A stretch of 61,782 nucleotides of DNA, filler included, from Choristocarpus tenellus KU-1152 (lineage: Eukaryota > Protista > Phaeophyceae), in NCBI GenBank assembly GCA_964200185.2. It is 9 parts of 9 records of this genome, joined end to end, with 100 filler letters (N's around TTAATTAATTAA, not from the genome) between each part and the next. Parts side by side here need not be neighbours in the genome. Positions count along the whole stretch, not along the records: positions 13,069 to 17,738 come from CAXNAD020013531.1; positions 17,839 to 21,955 come from CAXNAD020016127.1; positions 22,056 to 37,010 come from CAXNAD020001089.1; 6 more parts are not named here. One strand, 5' to 3'. The position numbers and the translations under genes were made by a program. Below, one piece after another: positions 13,124 through 25,085 of the stretch. Position 1 is the stretch's first letter, and each line of letters opens with the position of its first letter. The notes under the pieces were generated by a model. The model ran no database searches. It worked only from the letters and a program-made list of their open reading frames with translations, and had not been told where the DNA came from.

Positions 13124-16110
13124 GGTTTACTAGTGTTTCAACATTAGACGTGCTATATGCACAATTATTTCTCGACGTTCGGCTTGTGCCTTAACGCTGT
13201 AGACTACTGGAGTTATGCCCTCGTTTACTTTACATTGTCCTCTCCACAGGGGTCATAACTTGGAGTTTGAAGCATCTCCCGAAGTGTGGGGTTTTGTTGC
13301 CACACCTTGGCATCAGCTTCATAAATAGGAATTGTTTGTTCAGTGACTTTAGAATTGTTGCGCACAGCCCACTTCACCAATGTTCCGTCGGGCAAGTTCA
13401 TACGCCAGTTGTATATTTTCCACTGTTTACTTTACCCTATTGTAGAGATAGGGATGGCTTTGGGCTCTCCCAAAATGATATTGATTTATAATATGGGACT
13501 TCTCCCAAACATTAAATAAAAGAGTGATTCTGTGAGCCAGTTTAACACAAAAAACAATAATGACGCCCAGACCGATCGCTTTGTATTGAAATAATAGGAG
13601 CATGCCATGCGTTTTCCTATGGGTCATTTAAGAATGCTGTTGCCTTGAGGAAAATACAGTATGTTATCTTTGTTTCTTGTATCCATGAACTTTTCGTAGT
13701 TCCAGGAGTAGTTTATTTTCAAACTCCTTAATCTGATCTCGGTGTAAGGTATTTTTGGGTGCCCAAAATGGAAAACACTCGTTTGGATCATTGTTTATTG
13801 CTACACCCATTTCTTGTTGAAATGTGTAGCACTGAGCAGAGCAAACTGTGTAACATAGTCCACGACACACAAGACATACATGCATTTTTCTGAATGTGTC
13901 TTGTATTTTACCAAATCAGTTTGTCACTCTCTGGAATAGTGTGTTGCTGGCATATGCCCTGGAGGTTTAGATGGGATGTTTTTCGCTTTTGACTTTCTCG
14001 TTACATTCCTGTTGTGGTAATGTAGGTTCATGGTAGATTCCAGAGGCAGGAATATATTCTCAGTGAGACACCAGTTTCAGGCATTCAAACTCATCTAAGA
14101 GCTTCCAGCACACTGCCAGTGCTTGATGAATCTAGAAAACTAATTTTAATGGCCTCTTTAAGCCTCTGAGGAGGGTATGTTGCTCAACGCGCTGCTAGAG
14201 GTAGGTACTCACATGTTGAGTGCTCAGAATCGAGCATGATCACAGCAGTATCAAAGTGGTGATGAAGCGGACCATGCACAATAAAGAATGGTTGGGAGTT
14301 GTACGAGGTGGAGATGTGAGCGTTGATGCTGCAGACCATATGTGCTCCATTGATGAAAATCTCAAGTGCAAGATATCCCTGCATTTACAATCAAGGTGGT
14401 GAAGGAGAGTCTTTTCTCAAGGGTCAGACTCAGGTGCGGCGCAATTCACCTGCAACTGCGGGCAACACTTCTTTCAGGTAACAATAAATTGTAACTACAT
14501 GTTCTATAGCGAGTAATTTTGAGATGTAATATTACACTTTGGTTACGAATATGTTTCGTTCTTTCATTACGCTGCATGTCCATCATCACATGTTCATACA
14601 TAGTATTCAGTTACACATGAGACTACTACCACAGCTACTCCAAACATTAATCCTTCTCTCCAAGAATGTATTAATATATATGCCAATGTCTATGAACTAG
14701 CAATCATGGTGGCACTGTCATAGTGCAGGCATACACATGGCAACATCATTATTCTGGGGTTGAACATTTGTTCGTCTGGTGGATCATCATCAAACATTAA
14801 AAAATATCATCAAGTTGGACTCCTGACTCTGGAGAGTTCTGAAGAGGAAATAAGAGATGAAAATTGGTGTACTCAGGTGTCCTTCTGCTATCTGTGCATG
14901 GGATAGGGTATGCAACAAGAGTAGTTCTCAAGAGAAAATTATTGAAAGGAGAATTTTTTTTGAAGGACCCAATGCTAAGCTATTGTTTAATACTTTAGAA
15001 AAATTGGGTTGATGAGTATCAACAAGTGTGACAGTAGTTGCATGAACTAATCCCCGTAGACTTGGGACAGGAGCACCCATGGCTGACATTATTGGAGTAT
15101 CCTTTCTTCGGTCTGCGCAAGAGGGCTACACCCACCAGTGGACTAGAGTAGTACTCCAGACATTTAGAGTTTGTTAGATCAAATTAAAACACAGGCACTG
15201 TCCATGATACAAATCCAATCCCTCAAGTGTTGCTTCTATTTGCGTATTCTTTTTGGCCGAATGCATAGAGTGCAAACTTCGTCCTTCCATGCCAACACTA
15301 CTGTGGTATACAGACAGACACCACTTTGAATTTCTAACACTAAAACTGGTGAGTATGGTAACACTACTGTGGCGTAATCCAATGCAACACGCTGTGGCGC
15401 AAACAAACTACAGACTTTAATATTAATTTCTGTGATCTATGGCAACACTCCATGTATCATGGAACGTCACATGAAACGCAAATTTAGTCTCACCAATTTA
15501 CCAAGGAACAAGCAGGTGACTCTTCCACATGACTGGCATGCGGAGTCATCCCAACAACTCATCTCATGTTACATACAAAAATACTTGACATTATAGACAC
15601 AGCAATATTTAAAACAAAATATATCTTTAGGTGTCCTCCACTACAACTATACCTCACCATAGCACTCTGTGGTGAGACAACCCTTTTCTCCACACAACAT
15701 TCTCGACAACCACCCTCCCACCCTAAGCTTCTACATCAGTGATTCCCAAGACTCAAAATAATGATTGATGTATACAAGTTGCACATACACCACTTTGCCT
15801 TACGAGGCAACACTAGTATCTATTTGAGCCTAAGGGACACAAAAGGGAGGCAAGGGCCTTATGGGTTCCAGGTGGCTGCGTCATTTCTGTTTGTGGGGGG
15901 TTTCTCAGCCACGGTGGGTACACGTTGTGTATCACCAACACACAATCGCATCATCTTACACGAAAGGGTAGTCAATTCAAAATCGAGACCCTCGAAGAGG
16001 TAAGCCTTGTGTGGGTGAGGGGGGGAGTGATGCCTTACAATTAAAGGCATCAAGAAGGAAGTAGGGGTTATGGTCATTATATGCCCAGTTGACTGCAGCA
16101 CATGCTCGCA

Positions 16111-17326
16111 CTACCGTCAGCCACCTCTGCGATTGCGAGATCGAGATAAACCAGAGGAGCGCCCACTGTTGTTGAAACCCAACGGATAATGGCCACTGGT
16201 GCTGTCTGAGCCACCGGAGTCAGGTGGCCTGGGAGAACCTCTGCTCATGGAGCGACTTGCTTCCAATGTTGCCTGATGCTTCTGTTGATGTCAAGGAGAG
16301 AGCAGTAACGCGAGCAAAGTCACAATCAGTCAGTGCATACTAGTGCTGAACAGGGATGTGTGTAATGGCATTCAGGCATTCTTGAGCAAAGGTATCAATA
16401 GTAAGGGTGTGTGATCGTGTGCTATATCGAGACAATGACAAACCAAGGACGCTACCCCTTCAGGCTCAACCTGAGAATCGGGAGGGGACCATAGTCAGTA
16501 CACAGATAAAATTGACGAGAAGCTTCTACTTGAAGAGACCAGAAGCAACACAATTTGCTGCGATAAAACTGCGGTCAATATAGAATCCAGATCTTCTCCA
16601 AAGAAAAATGCGCGTATCAACCACTTGGGTCAGAAAGGAAAACCCATGATGGAAAGTAGAGACATGGTAGGTATTTCTCAACCCAGCAAAGAAACCATGG
16701 AAACAGGGATTCGGACCTGCTGCTGCTTTTCTTTGTTTGCCTCGGCAGCACGTTTAAGAGCTTCGGCCTGTTGCTGAGCCCGTACGCGTGCACGCTCCAC
16801 ATCCAGGACGCTTCGGCGCTCAGGACGGTTGGCCTGCTCAAGCGAACGTCCCCTGTCAAGCAGGAGACCCAGAGTAAGCGACAGTGAGTGGTATTAACAT
16901 ATATTTGCCTCTCATCCTAACACCTCCTAGCACAGGCCATCAAATCCTCGTCAAGACATCCAACAATTGAAGGATTGGCGCTTCTTGAGCCAATCCCCCA
17001 TGATATCGACCTTCGCTGATATATATCCTAACAAAATTCGTACGCTACCACTACTGAGGGCAATCCCTTCCAGCCAACACTAACCTCTGAAAGGATTCCC
17101 AGCGCCTGCATATGGGGGTACGAATGTTGTACCACAAGACTATCAAAAATACAGAAGTCCATCCATGTTGCTGGATGAAGAAAATGCTCTTCTCCACAAG
17201 TGAGTCCACAAAATTGGGTGCTTCACTTCGATCTGGAGATGCGGACGTGAAGTCAACTTGCCCATCACCCCCTTCATGTTGAAACGTGACTTCTGTTGAC
17301 ATACCCATGGAATGTTCCATCTCCAT
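16111..17326 (-). CDS. SELENOS: Selenoprotein S (VIMP)-like ER membrane selenoprotein, 3 exons, ~182 aa
   Basis: Exons 17326-17085, 16852-16717 and 16281-16111 with GT-AG and consistent phases. Single TM (QHGWTSVFLIVLWY), coiled coil (ANRPERRSVLDVERARVRAQQQAE), Gly/Ser-rich tail with HYPLG, ending RRGG-TGA(16119-16117)-R-TAG, as in the SelS GGUG-stop terminus. Confidence 0.8.
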
Positions 17327-18084
17327 GTCGACTGTATTATGTATCACAAAGAGAGCAACAAAATTGGAGCATCAACCAGTTTGTAAGGTATGTATGTTTG
17401 GAAGTACAGTAGGTTACCTTATTTTGGGCCAAATATTATGAACCAAATCGAAAAATATGCAATTTTGTACCGCTTTTTCGACATGCTCAAAAAATAGGAG
17501 TTTGTACCGGAATTCTCGGGTGATTTGGCACACAATCCCAGAGATATTCACGCGAGTTTGGCGCGCGCGTAAAAATTTATCGCGAAAAGTGCCCTTCTTC
17601 CTGGGTCATGCTACCATACAGCAGTACAATACGTTGCTGGTAGGGGAATAAAGTGGAAGCCATGTCTTGTACCGCGGAAAACCTCTGCAAGATGCCTTCA
17701 AACACACCGGGTCCACCTTTCTACACAATCCACAAGTGNNNNNNNNNNNNNNNNNNNNNNNNNNNNNNNNNNNNNNNNNNNNTTAATTAATTAANNNNNN
17801 NNNNNNNNNNNNNNNNNNNNNNNNNNNNNNNNNNNNNNGTGTGGTGTGACAGATATCGTATATAGCGTCACATGACGACATGTTTTTTTTTTCTTAGCTG
17901 ATTACTAATACTCCTCCTTCCGACGAAACAAGTACACGCGTAGCCTTCTCAGACGCATATCCCTATGTAATATGGAGAAACGTCCCCCCGACTGCATGAG
18001 ATCGATTTTTTCCTCTCACTATTCTCATGAACCAACTTATTGCATCACGTGTCAACCCTTATCTATTTAAGAGGTCGCAGGGCC

Positions 18085-18197
18085 CACCTTTGCCTGCTCC
18101 CGCACCAGCTTCCACCGAATCGTCCAGCATACCAGCCACTTCTCCGAGCCAATGTATAGCCTCTCTTTGAGACGATGGTTCACTCACCACACTCATG
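18085..18197 (-). CDS. Possible first coding exon of an unknown gene
   Basis: ATG downstream of a ctctccag acceptor gives MSVVSEPSSQREAIHWLGEVAGMLDDSVEAGAGAGK, then a G|gtgggc donor. No family recognised. Confidence 0.25.
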
Positions 18198-19879
18198 CTC
18201 TGTCAGCGAACCTGGAGAGGAAAAATTGTATAAAAAATGCAGACTTAGCCTAGAGACACAATAATAATACTCCCTCAACAATCCATGTAGTGATCTCGAC
18301 TTACTTGTGGACACCAATTTGTAGATTCCACAAAGCGTCAGTTTGATCACTGTATGTGGTCAATATGGTCAGTAACAGGGTCAGTTCAACGCAAACTCCA
18401 GTATTAGTATGGTTGTATGGTTATTGGTACAAGTTTGTTGTTGTTCTAATGACTTTTTCTCTGTGATGTTTTAAGACCTCATTTTCATAATAAGAAAAAA
18501 AGACAGCGATCTACCAAGTGTGGGTCCAGTTGTGATTAGGCATCAAAATTACATTTTTTTCATTGCTGTGCCATTGGTATCAAACCCTTAAACGGAAAGT
18601 ATTTGGGGAGAAATGTCCTTTAAACTGAGAATAACAAGGTCCGAATCGGCGCAATTGTCTTTGATGTTTGATGTTTTAGGACAGTTTCAAGACAATTCGG
18701 AGAACCTATCGACCGTTTCAAATTTGTGTCAAAAGTTATCTCAAAGAAGAACGATTCGATCGCGAATAGTTTAGTCCTACCAAGTCTACTTCAATCATGA
18801 TGCACTTTTTCGATCACTTATTTCTCTTGTATGTCCATTCCCGTCTTTAAAATGCTCCTTCCATCATTTCGTTGCTCCAAAAGTGATGCTCCTCACCGTT
18901 GAAATTTTCCAGGGAAGGTGGAATACGTTTCTGGCTGATGTGTGACTGGCTTCCAACGCGCAGAACTTGGAAACCTGCATCTGCCCATGCTACACCTCAC
19001 TGAATTGGTGGGGAAATCAGCGTAAAATATGTTGCGCAGTTCGGGCTTCCTTGTATCATAAGAAACTCATGTCTTACAACATAGAGTTAGGAGGAGACCT
19101 CCTGGTGCCTAACACTTCCAACACATCTATAACTAGACATACACATCAGGAGAGGACATGAGGCACTTAAGGACTTGAGCCTTGCTTGGATCCATATCGT
19201 AGAAGTGATGTCGCATGCATGTCAGTAACAACACCAACATGATGAATGTAGTCAATCCACGCTCGGCTTTGGAGCAAGATGACACGGTTGAGATTTGAGA
19301 TGGTCGGCGAAGGTATGGAAGGAGAGATATGCACGATACACATAAGATGAGGATTAACGAGTGGAAGGTATGAAGAAAGCATATCAGACCATCAAGGGCA
19401 TAGAGAAAAAAATGTGATAATTATCGAACACATAAATGACCTTTGTGGTAGGTTCATTAGTACATAGAAATGTAGTTTTCGTTTGGTTGAGGGTGTTGAA
19501 AGAATAAGATACAACAGTAGTTGATAGTAGTAAAATAATATTTGCAATGTATATTTATAATGTGTAGTAAGTACTCCTTAAATTATTCATTATATATAAA
19601 TATATATTTTTGGGGAAATAATATATATATATTATTATTGTCATTTTATTATAGTAACACACATCTCCAAAATCTCAGAGAGTATAATAATAAAAATATA
19701 TTATTATGTCCTCTAATATATTTTTTTCTATCTGTTGTGTACTGTTCACAATAAGTATATAAATATCATATCGCTATATAATTATTAGACATAATTCAAA
19801 TAATCCATCTTACGAATTTTAAAATATACGTGGGGGAGTCGAGTGGGAGTGAACTGGACAGAATCATCGACTTATGTAA

Positions 19880-20450
19880 TTAACTTCTAAGTGCTTGCAG
19901 GCGGATGAACATCCCTTGTACTTTGAAGGATGGGATTCCATTTGCCATCCACAGGAGGAGTTTCCGCATGGAGTTGCTGCATGGGTTAGGTTATCCGCAT
20001 TGCTGACTGCTTGGACTCTCTGCATGGACCATCCACATGGATGCGGTAGCCCATGCTAGTGTGCTGTCCAATATAGCTACTCATCCCTAAAATCAAAATG
20101 ACGTACGCCTGGACGTAATCTTTGCAGATGTCCAAGCTGACTGTCGTATAGAAAATCGTCACGGAACAACAGCGTCACTACTGCTGCAACTGATACCCGA
20201 ATGCACAACCACTGAGGGACCTTTTGACCCTTGTAATTTTAACCTGAAAACCTTCGCTTTGGAAAGCTTTGGTGTCTTGGCACACAGTCAGAGTAGTTCG
20301 TGGACGAGCTGGTGACTCACGTGTTGGGTGATAGAGGGACTAGGGATTTCAGGAGAAAGAGTGCGGTGAAGGCACTCCTGCGACAAATTCTGTCCGTATT
20401 GATAGAAGTCGTTATTTCAAGGCAGGGTCACGTGCTTCAAGGTTTAGACA
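19880..20450 (+). mobile_element. 3' fragment of an RLE-type (CRE-like) non-LTR retrotransposon, degenerate
   Basis: Translation (with a frameshift) ..FNLKTFALESFGVL..FVDELVTHVLG..LLRQILSV, typical of the restriction-like endonuclease C-terminus (FAVExFGxLG..FLxEL). Second copy at 39787-39860. Confidence 0.6.
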
Positions 20451-21913
20451 CTGACCCAGTGGGCACCCGCGTTTTCCCGACTCGTGGAATTCTTGCTTTG
20501 TTCTAGGTCACGTTCGTGGTGCCAATATAGAAGTAGGTTTGACTTTTGTGTTATCATATGTTTCTTGTTTTTAGCTATATTACACAATATGGTTTCTCCT
20601 AACTATAGTAGTGCCCATGGAGTTGAATTCTTGTTTTTAAAGCAGTACAACTTCTGTTAGTGTCTTCAAAAGCCTTTAATTGTAAAGTGATACAGATTCT
20701 ACTCTTGTTTTTGTTGTATGCTCTGTCTTCTATGTTGCTTCTAGTCAAACAAATCTCTCAGAGTGTAAGGAAATATTTTGTTGTTAGCACACTGCACATC
20801 AAACAGCATTGATTGTGCTGGGGGGGGGAGGGGTTACATAGTCGGTGGATTTATAACGCCGCACTCCTGTCCTTGTGAGGTTAGTTTTATTGTAAACTGG
20901 GGAATTCAAGGTACGAGTAACTTTTTGCTGTTTTTCTGTTACAGGCTTCAGTTGATGAGGCTTACACAATACTGGTCAACTCTCACTATTAGAAACGTAA
21001 GCATAGAAACTGTAGTTGCACAGGCCTAAAGATGAGGATATCTTCCCTTGCCATATTATTGGGTAAATCCAATTGAGGGAGGGCTTGGAGAGATTAGAAC
21101 GGAATTGAAGGTGTAAGGCGGGAACCTTCAGAAAAGTGTTGTAGTGTTGTGTTCTTGTGATGTTTCGTTTTCTTTATTGTAGTAAAAATGTGAACACATT
21201 TTTTCCGTCATTTATGAACTATTATCATTGTTGTGTTACTATTTCAACAGTATAGCCTCAAACTCAAACTGTGGGTCGGTCAGTCGTGTAGACCAAGCAT
21301 GGAGGGTTTTCCTAACGTAGCTGAGCCACTTGCATTATTTGGTGTTTAGAGCATATTTGGTGTTTGACAGGACCTATGCTCACTCCTTAAAAAAATAAGC
21401 AGAGCTGTAAGCTCCAACATAGGATGGAGTCCTTACAAGCCATCACAGATCAGTTACTGTGGCTGAACTGTCTATAATTCAATTGAATTATCAAAACCTG
21501 ACCCATAGGATCGAGCTCGGCGCTACAATTGGCTGGGGGAGGCCAACACATGATTGCGGGAGCTTGCTGGAACTTGGAGAGCACACAACCGGGCAGAAAC
21601 CAGAAGAGTGGCTAGATTGAAGGGTTCCAATATATCAAGGAACGATGGAGATGGACCTGGCACAGCCTGGGTGGGCTTGCATGAGACCGATTGATCTAAG
21701 CTGCAGATTTCATAGCATATTCAACCTCCATGGGTTGAGAGACTGGCAGAGAAGGAGGTGAAGGATTTTCTTACAACTTGGCAGGGATACAAGCTGAGTA
21801 TTAGGGTGCAGTATTCAAAAGAAGGTGTGCAAGTTGCGCTTATGACGCTGGCCAAGTCCCTAACCATTGCTCAGAGACGATCACTGGTGTGGGGCGAACT
21901 CAAGAACAATTGG

Positions 21914-21955
21914 GGGTCAAAGTATCTGGGGGGGGGGGGGGGGTTTGGGAGGGGG
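21914..21955. mobile_element. MITE family A terminus at a contig end
   Basis: GGGTCAAAGTATCTGGGGGG... Confidence 0.7.
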
Positions 21956-22055
21956 NNNNNNNNNNNNNNNNNNNNNNNNNNNNNNNNNNNNNNNNNNNNT
22001 TAATTAATTAANNNNNNNNNNNNNNNNNNNNNNNNNNNNNNNNNNNNNNNNNNNN

Positions 22056-22112
22056 CTATCTCAATACAGTACCCCTATGTCAATACAGTACCCCTATGTC
22101 AATACAGTACCC
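22056..22112. repeat. 19-bp tandem repeat x3
   Basis: ctatgtcaatacagtaccc units. Confidence 0.85.
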
Positions 22113-22122
22113 TAACCCTAAC

Positions 22123-23590
22123 CTCTATCTCAGTGGAGAACACCGACAAGGAGCCTATACGGTAGCCAGGAATACGCCTCCTCAGTAGCTCAAGAGGTCT
22201 ATCATTACAGAGCCAACACAAGAATGATGAATCTTCTCGCCTCAGTCGCTTCACCTAAAAAAAAAAAAGAGGACAAGATGGGTTAGGGTTAGGGTTGGAA
22301 ATGGGAGTGGGTAACTCAACGCAGGCATGCCACTATTTATTTTATTTTCTCAATACATTAAAGATGTGTCATCGAGGTTTGCAGATTAGGGTTAGGGTTA
22401 GGGTTAGGCTTCAGATCGGGGAAGGGAAATGACTAGAAGTAAGGAATTTGACAGGGTTCTACCAGTACAAATATGGGCTTGTTGAAATATAATTACCACC
22501 GGGCCTATGACTACTCATTTACACTACAAGCAAATTAAGGCTTGAGTTGGAAAATGAGACACAAAATAACACAGTCACCTCATCATTTTTCATATGAAAT
22601 ACATAATCCTTTCACCATATAGACAGGGTTAGGGTTAGGGTCATAACCTTGGAGTGGAGACAACACAAACATACCACAAAAACCACACAGTGGAATTAAT
22701 CAACAATAATCAACAAGGGGAATGATTGTCCCCTCAAAACAAAAAGATGAACGTTGGGTACCCTAACCCTCATGACACACCTTCCACTTTCTCACCGTTC
22801 TGAAACTATCAAAATAATAATAATAATAATAATAATAATTAAAAAAAAGTGCACATTAAAATCGTCAAACCAATGCCCCAGGAATAAAACAGGTTCAAAA
22901 AGGACCAAATGATCAAAAGGGGAGACAAAAAAAAAAAATGTTTGACTGACAGCAGACTCGTTGATGGCACGCATCTAATCTCTACAATTAATACTGCACT
23001 GGCTCTGTGCTAGGGTTGGGGCATGGAGGTTAAGGTAGGCCCAGGTCGAACACATCCCATTGGCCAAAATTCAAGTTTGGACGAAACTATTGGTGAAAAT
23101 ATTCCATTTCAGAACACACCGAACCCTAACCCTAATCATCACACAGTCAATCAATCCAAAGTCGAAAAGGGTTAGGGTTAAGTAAAACACATATTGTTGG
23201 AGTAGGGTTAGGGTTTGTGATAGTCTAGTGCCACAACAAAAAATATCACCTTCCAAAAACCCTAACCCTAACCCTAACCCTAACCCCCTTTACAATAACC
23301 CCCCACAGATATTGGACTCCTTGCCCCCCTCACCTCCCCCACACCAAAGTTTCTCCTCACGCAGCCTACACAGATAGAATACTTGCAGGGCTTGGCTCTT
23401 TTGGCTCTTTTAGCTCTTCCCTCTTCCTCCCCCCCGCCGCCCCCACTGCTGCAGCTACCTCTGTCCACATTGCTGTAAGAGGTGCAGCCCCTTTCCCCCT
23501 CCCCCCAGCTCTGCTCGCAGCAGAACATCTCCCCACCATCACCACACATCCTGCAGTACAGTTCATGCCCATCCTCTTCACTCTCAACCA
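22123..23590 (-). CDS. ADD (ATRX-DNMT3-DNMT3L)/PHD zinc-finger exons, partial gene
   Basis: Exon ~23590-23334 (EEDGHELYCRMCGDGGEMFCC...CKYSICVGCVRRNFGVGE|gtgagg) splices in phase to exon 22254-22123 (VKRLRREDSSFLCWLCNDRPLELLRR). Matches the ATRX ADD pattern DG.DEQCRWC.EGG.LICC..C..C..C..RN.G...W.C..C...PL. The acceptor of the first exon is uncertain. Confidence 0.75.
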
Positions 23591-23592
23591 CA

Positions 23593-23595
<3 letters not shown>

Positions 23596-23650
<55 letters not shown>
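23596..23650. repeat. (CA)n microsatellite
   Basis: Perfect CA run directly upstream of the ADD exon. Shorter (TG)n tracts at ~2040, ~6550 and ~7195. Confidence 0.95.
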
Positions 23651-23653
<3 letters not shown>

Positions 23654-24585
23654 ATAGTACATGGGAAAACAGCGGTTGGGGCTGTTAAGCAAGAAATAGG
23701 GGGGTTTACATTATTGGCCATAGCCAAAAAGGTTCAACGACCAACACTATCAGATAAGGTTAGGGTTAGGGTTTAGACTATATTCAGGGTTCTAATTTCA
23801 AGGTACAGGACATTAATTTCAGAGCGAAGCCGGAAAATTTCTTGGTGAAAACAGCATCAAGCGACATGAAAATACTCTGCCTCCCTAACCCTAACCCTAT
23901 CCCTGATGCACGATGTATTACGTAGTATGTAATTTTTCAACTGCGCTACTAGTCTGTTACAAGTCTCTCCACGCCAAACAATAAAAGAAGTAGCAGGACT
24001 GATATGCATAAAAAAAAAAAACACAACAGCACCTAGACCCGTCTGTCCTCTACTCCTACCTGTCTTCTAGAACATAAAATATTCACGGCTTCGAGAGGTT
24101 AGGGTTAGGGTTGTTGATATGTGCGGTTGTTTGTGTCTTGGTGGTGTGTCAATGGTGATAGGGTTAGGGTTACGGTCGATTGTTCATTTGTGATTTACAT
24201 TGTCTGAGCCTTTTCTCCTAGTGCTCAGGGTACATTATTGGTACTACAACTATATACAAAGGCATTGCGCATGTCTGTGTCTGTGAGTCTGTGTGAGTCT
24301 GATAAAAAAAATTGCTACACACTACTTCTGTGCATGTAATCTCACTTTGTACGATTCATCACCCATCAGGTCTCAGGCTTAGGGTTAGCATCAGCACTAA
24401 ATTGTCTTAGGGTTAGGGTTGGCACTAAATTGTCTTAGGGTTAGCATTAGCACTAAATTGTCTTAGGGTTAGGGTAAGCATCAGCACTGAATTGTTCATC
24501 ACCACCACAAAACATTTGAAGACACCCTAACCCTAACCCTATACCAACAAGCTTGATTCACCCTCAACTCAAAAAGAGGCCACCC

Positions 24586-24812
24586 AACATCAAAACAACG
24601 CCGTTCAGGACACAACCCTAACCCTAACCCAACATCAAGACAACGCCGTTCAGGACATAACCCTAACCCTAACCCAACATCAAGACAACGCCGTTCAGGA
24701 CACAACCCTAACCCTAACCCAACATCAAGACAACGCCGTTCAGGACATAACCCTAACCCTAACCCAACATCAAGACAACGCCGTTCAGGACATAACCCTA
24801 ACCCTAACCCTA
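24586..24812. repeat. 45-bp minisatellite x5 containing CCCTAA units
   Basis: Unit aacatcaagacaacgccgttcaggacataaccctaaccctaaccc starts at 24586, 24631, 24676, 24721 and 24766. Confidence 0.95.
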
Positions 24813-25085
24813 ACTCTTCAGTCTACAGCAATCCCTAACCCTATCCTCGACTACACTGTCCAGTTCTTGCACTTCTAGAATTGCCCTGCATTCAGTACTA
24901 ACCCAAATATGACAGTACTATAGCAATATCACAAAACGCCTTAGATAAAAAGAAAACCCTCTCAACAGAGTGGTACTTCTATTCTCCTGTTCCATAATTC
25001 TATCTCCAATTAACGCAACATGCCTGCAGCTGTATGACATGGGGAAATTCATTCCCAACAGAATCAAAAGAAAAAGACAGAGACA

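Noticed and set aside
15840-15965. SECIS candidates (ATGAcgcagccacctggAA.. and gtgtaagATGA..TGAtacac on the minus strand)
   Set aside because: The first has no complementary 3' arm or GA quartet. The second has only ~15 nt between quartet halves and no apical AA.
21040-21910. LTR, primer-binding site and gag start (..ctaca-at-tggctgggg..)
   Set aside because: Suggestive only: no second LTR or pol sequence on the contig to confirm it.
23280-23692. ORFs with CVCVCV, HTHTHT, LGLGLG or RVRVRV runs here and elsewhere
   Set aside because: These are translations of (CA)n and TTAGGG repeats. Only the embedded ADD exon is credible.
24586-24812. CRISPR-like array
   Set aside because: Units are contiguous and near-identical with no unique spacers, no cas genes, and the context is eukaryotic; it is a minisatellite.
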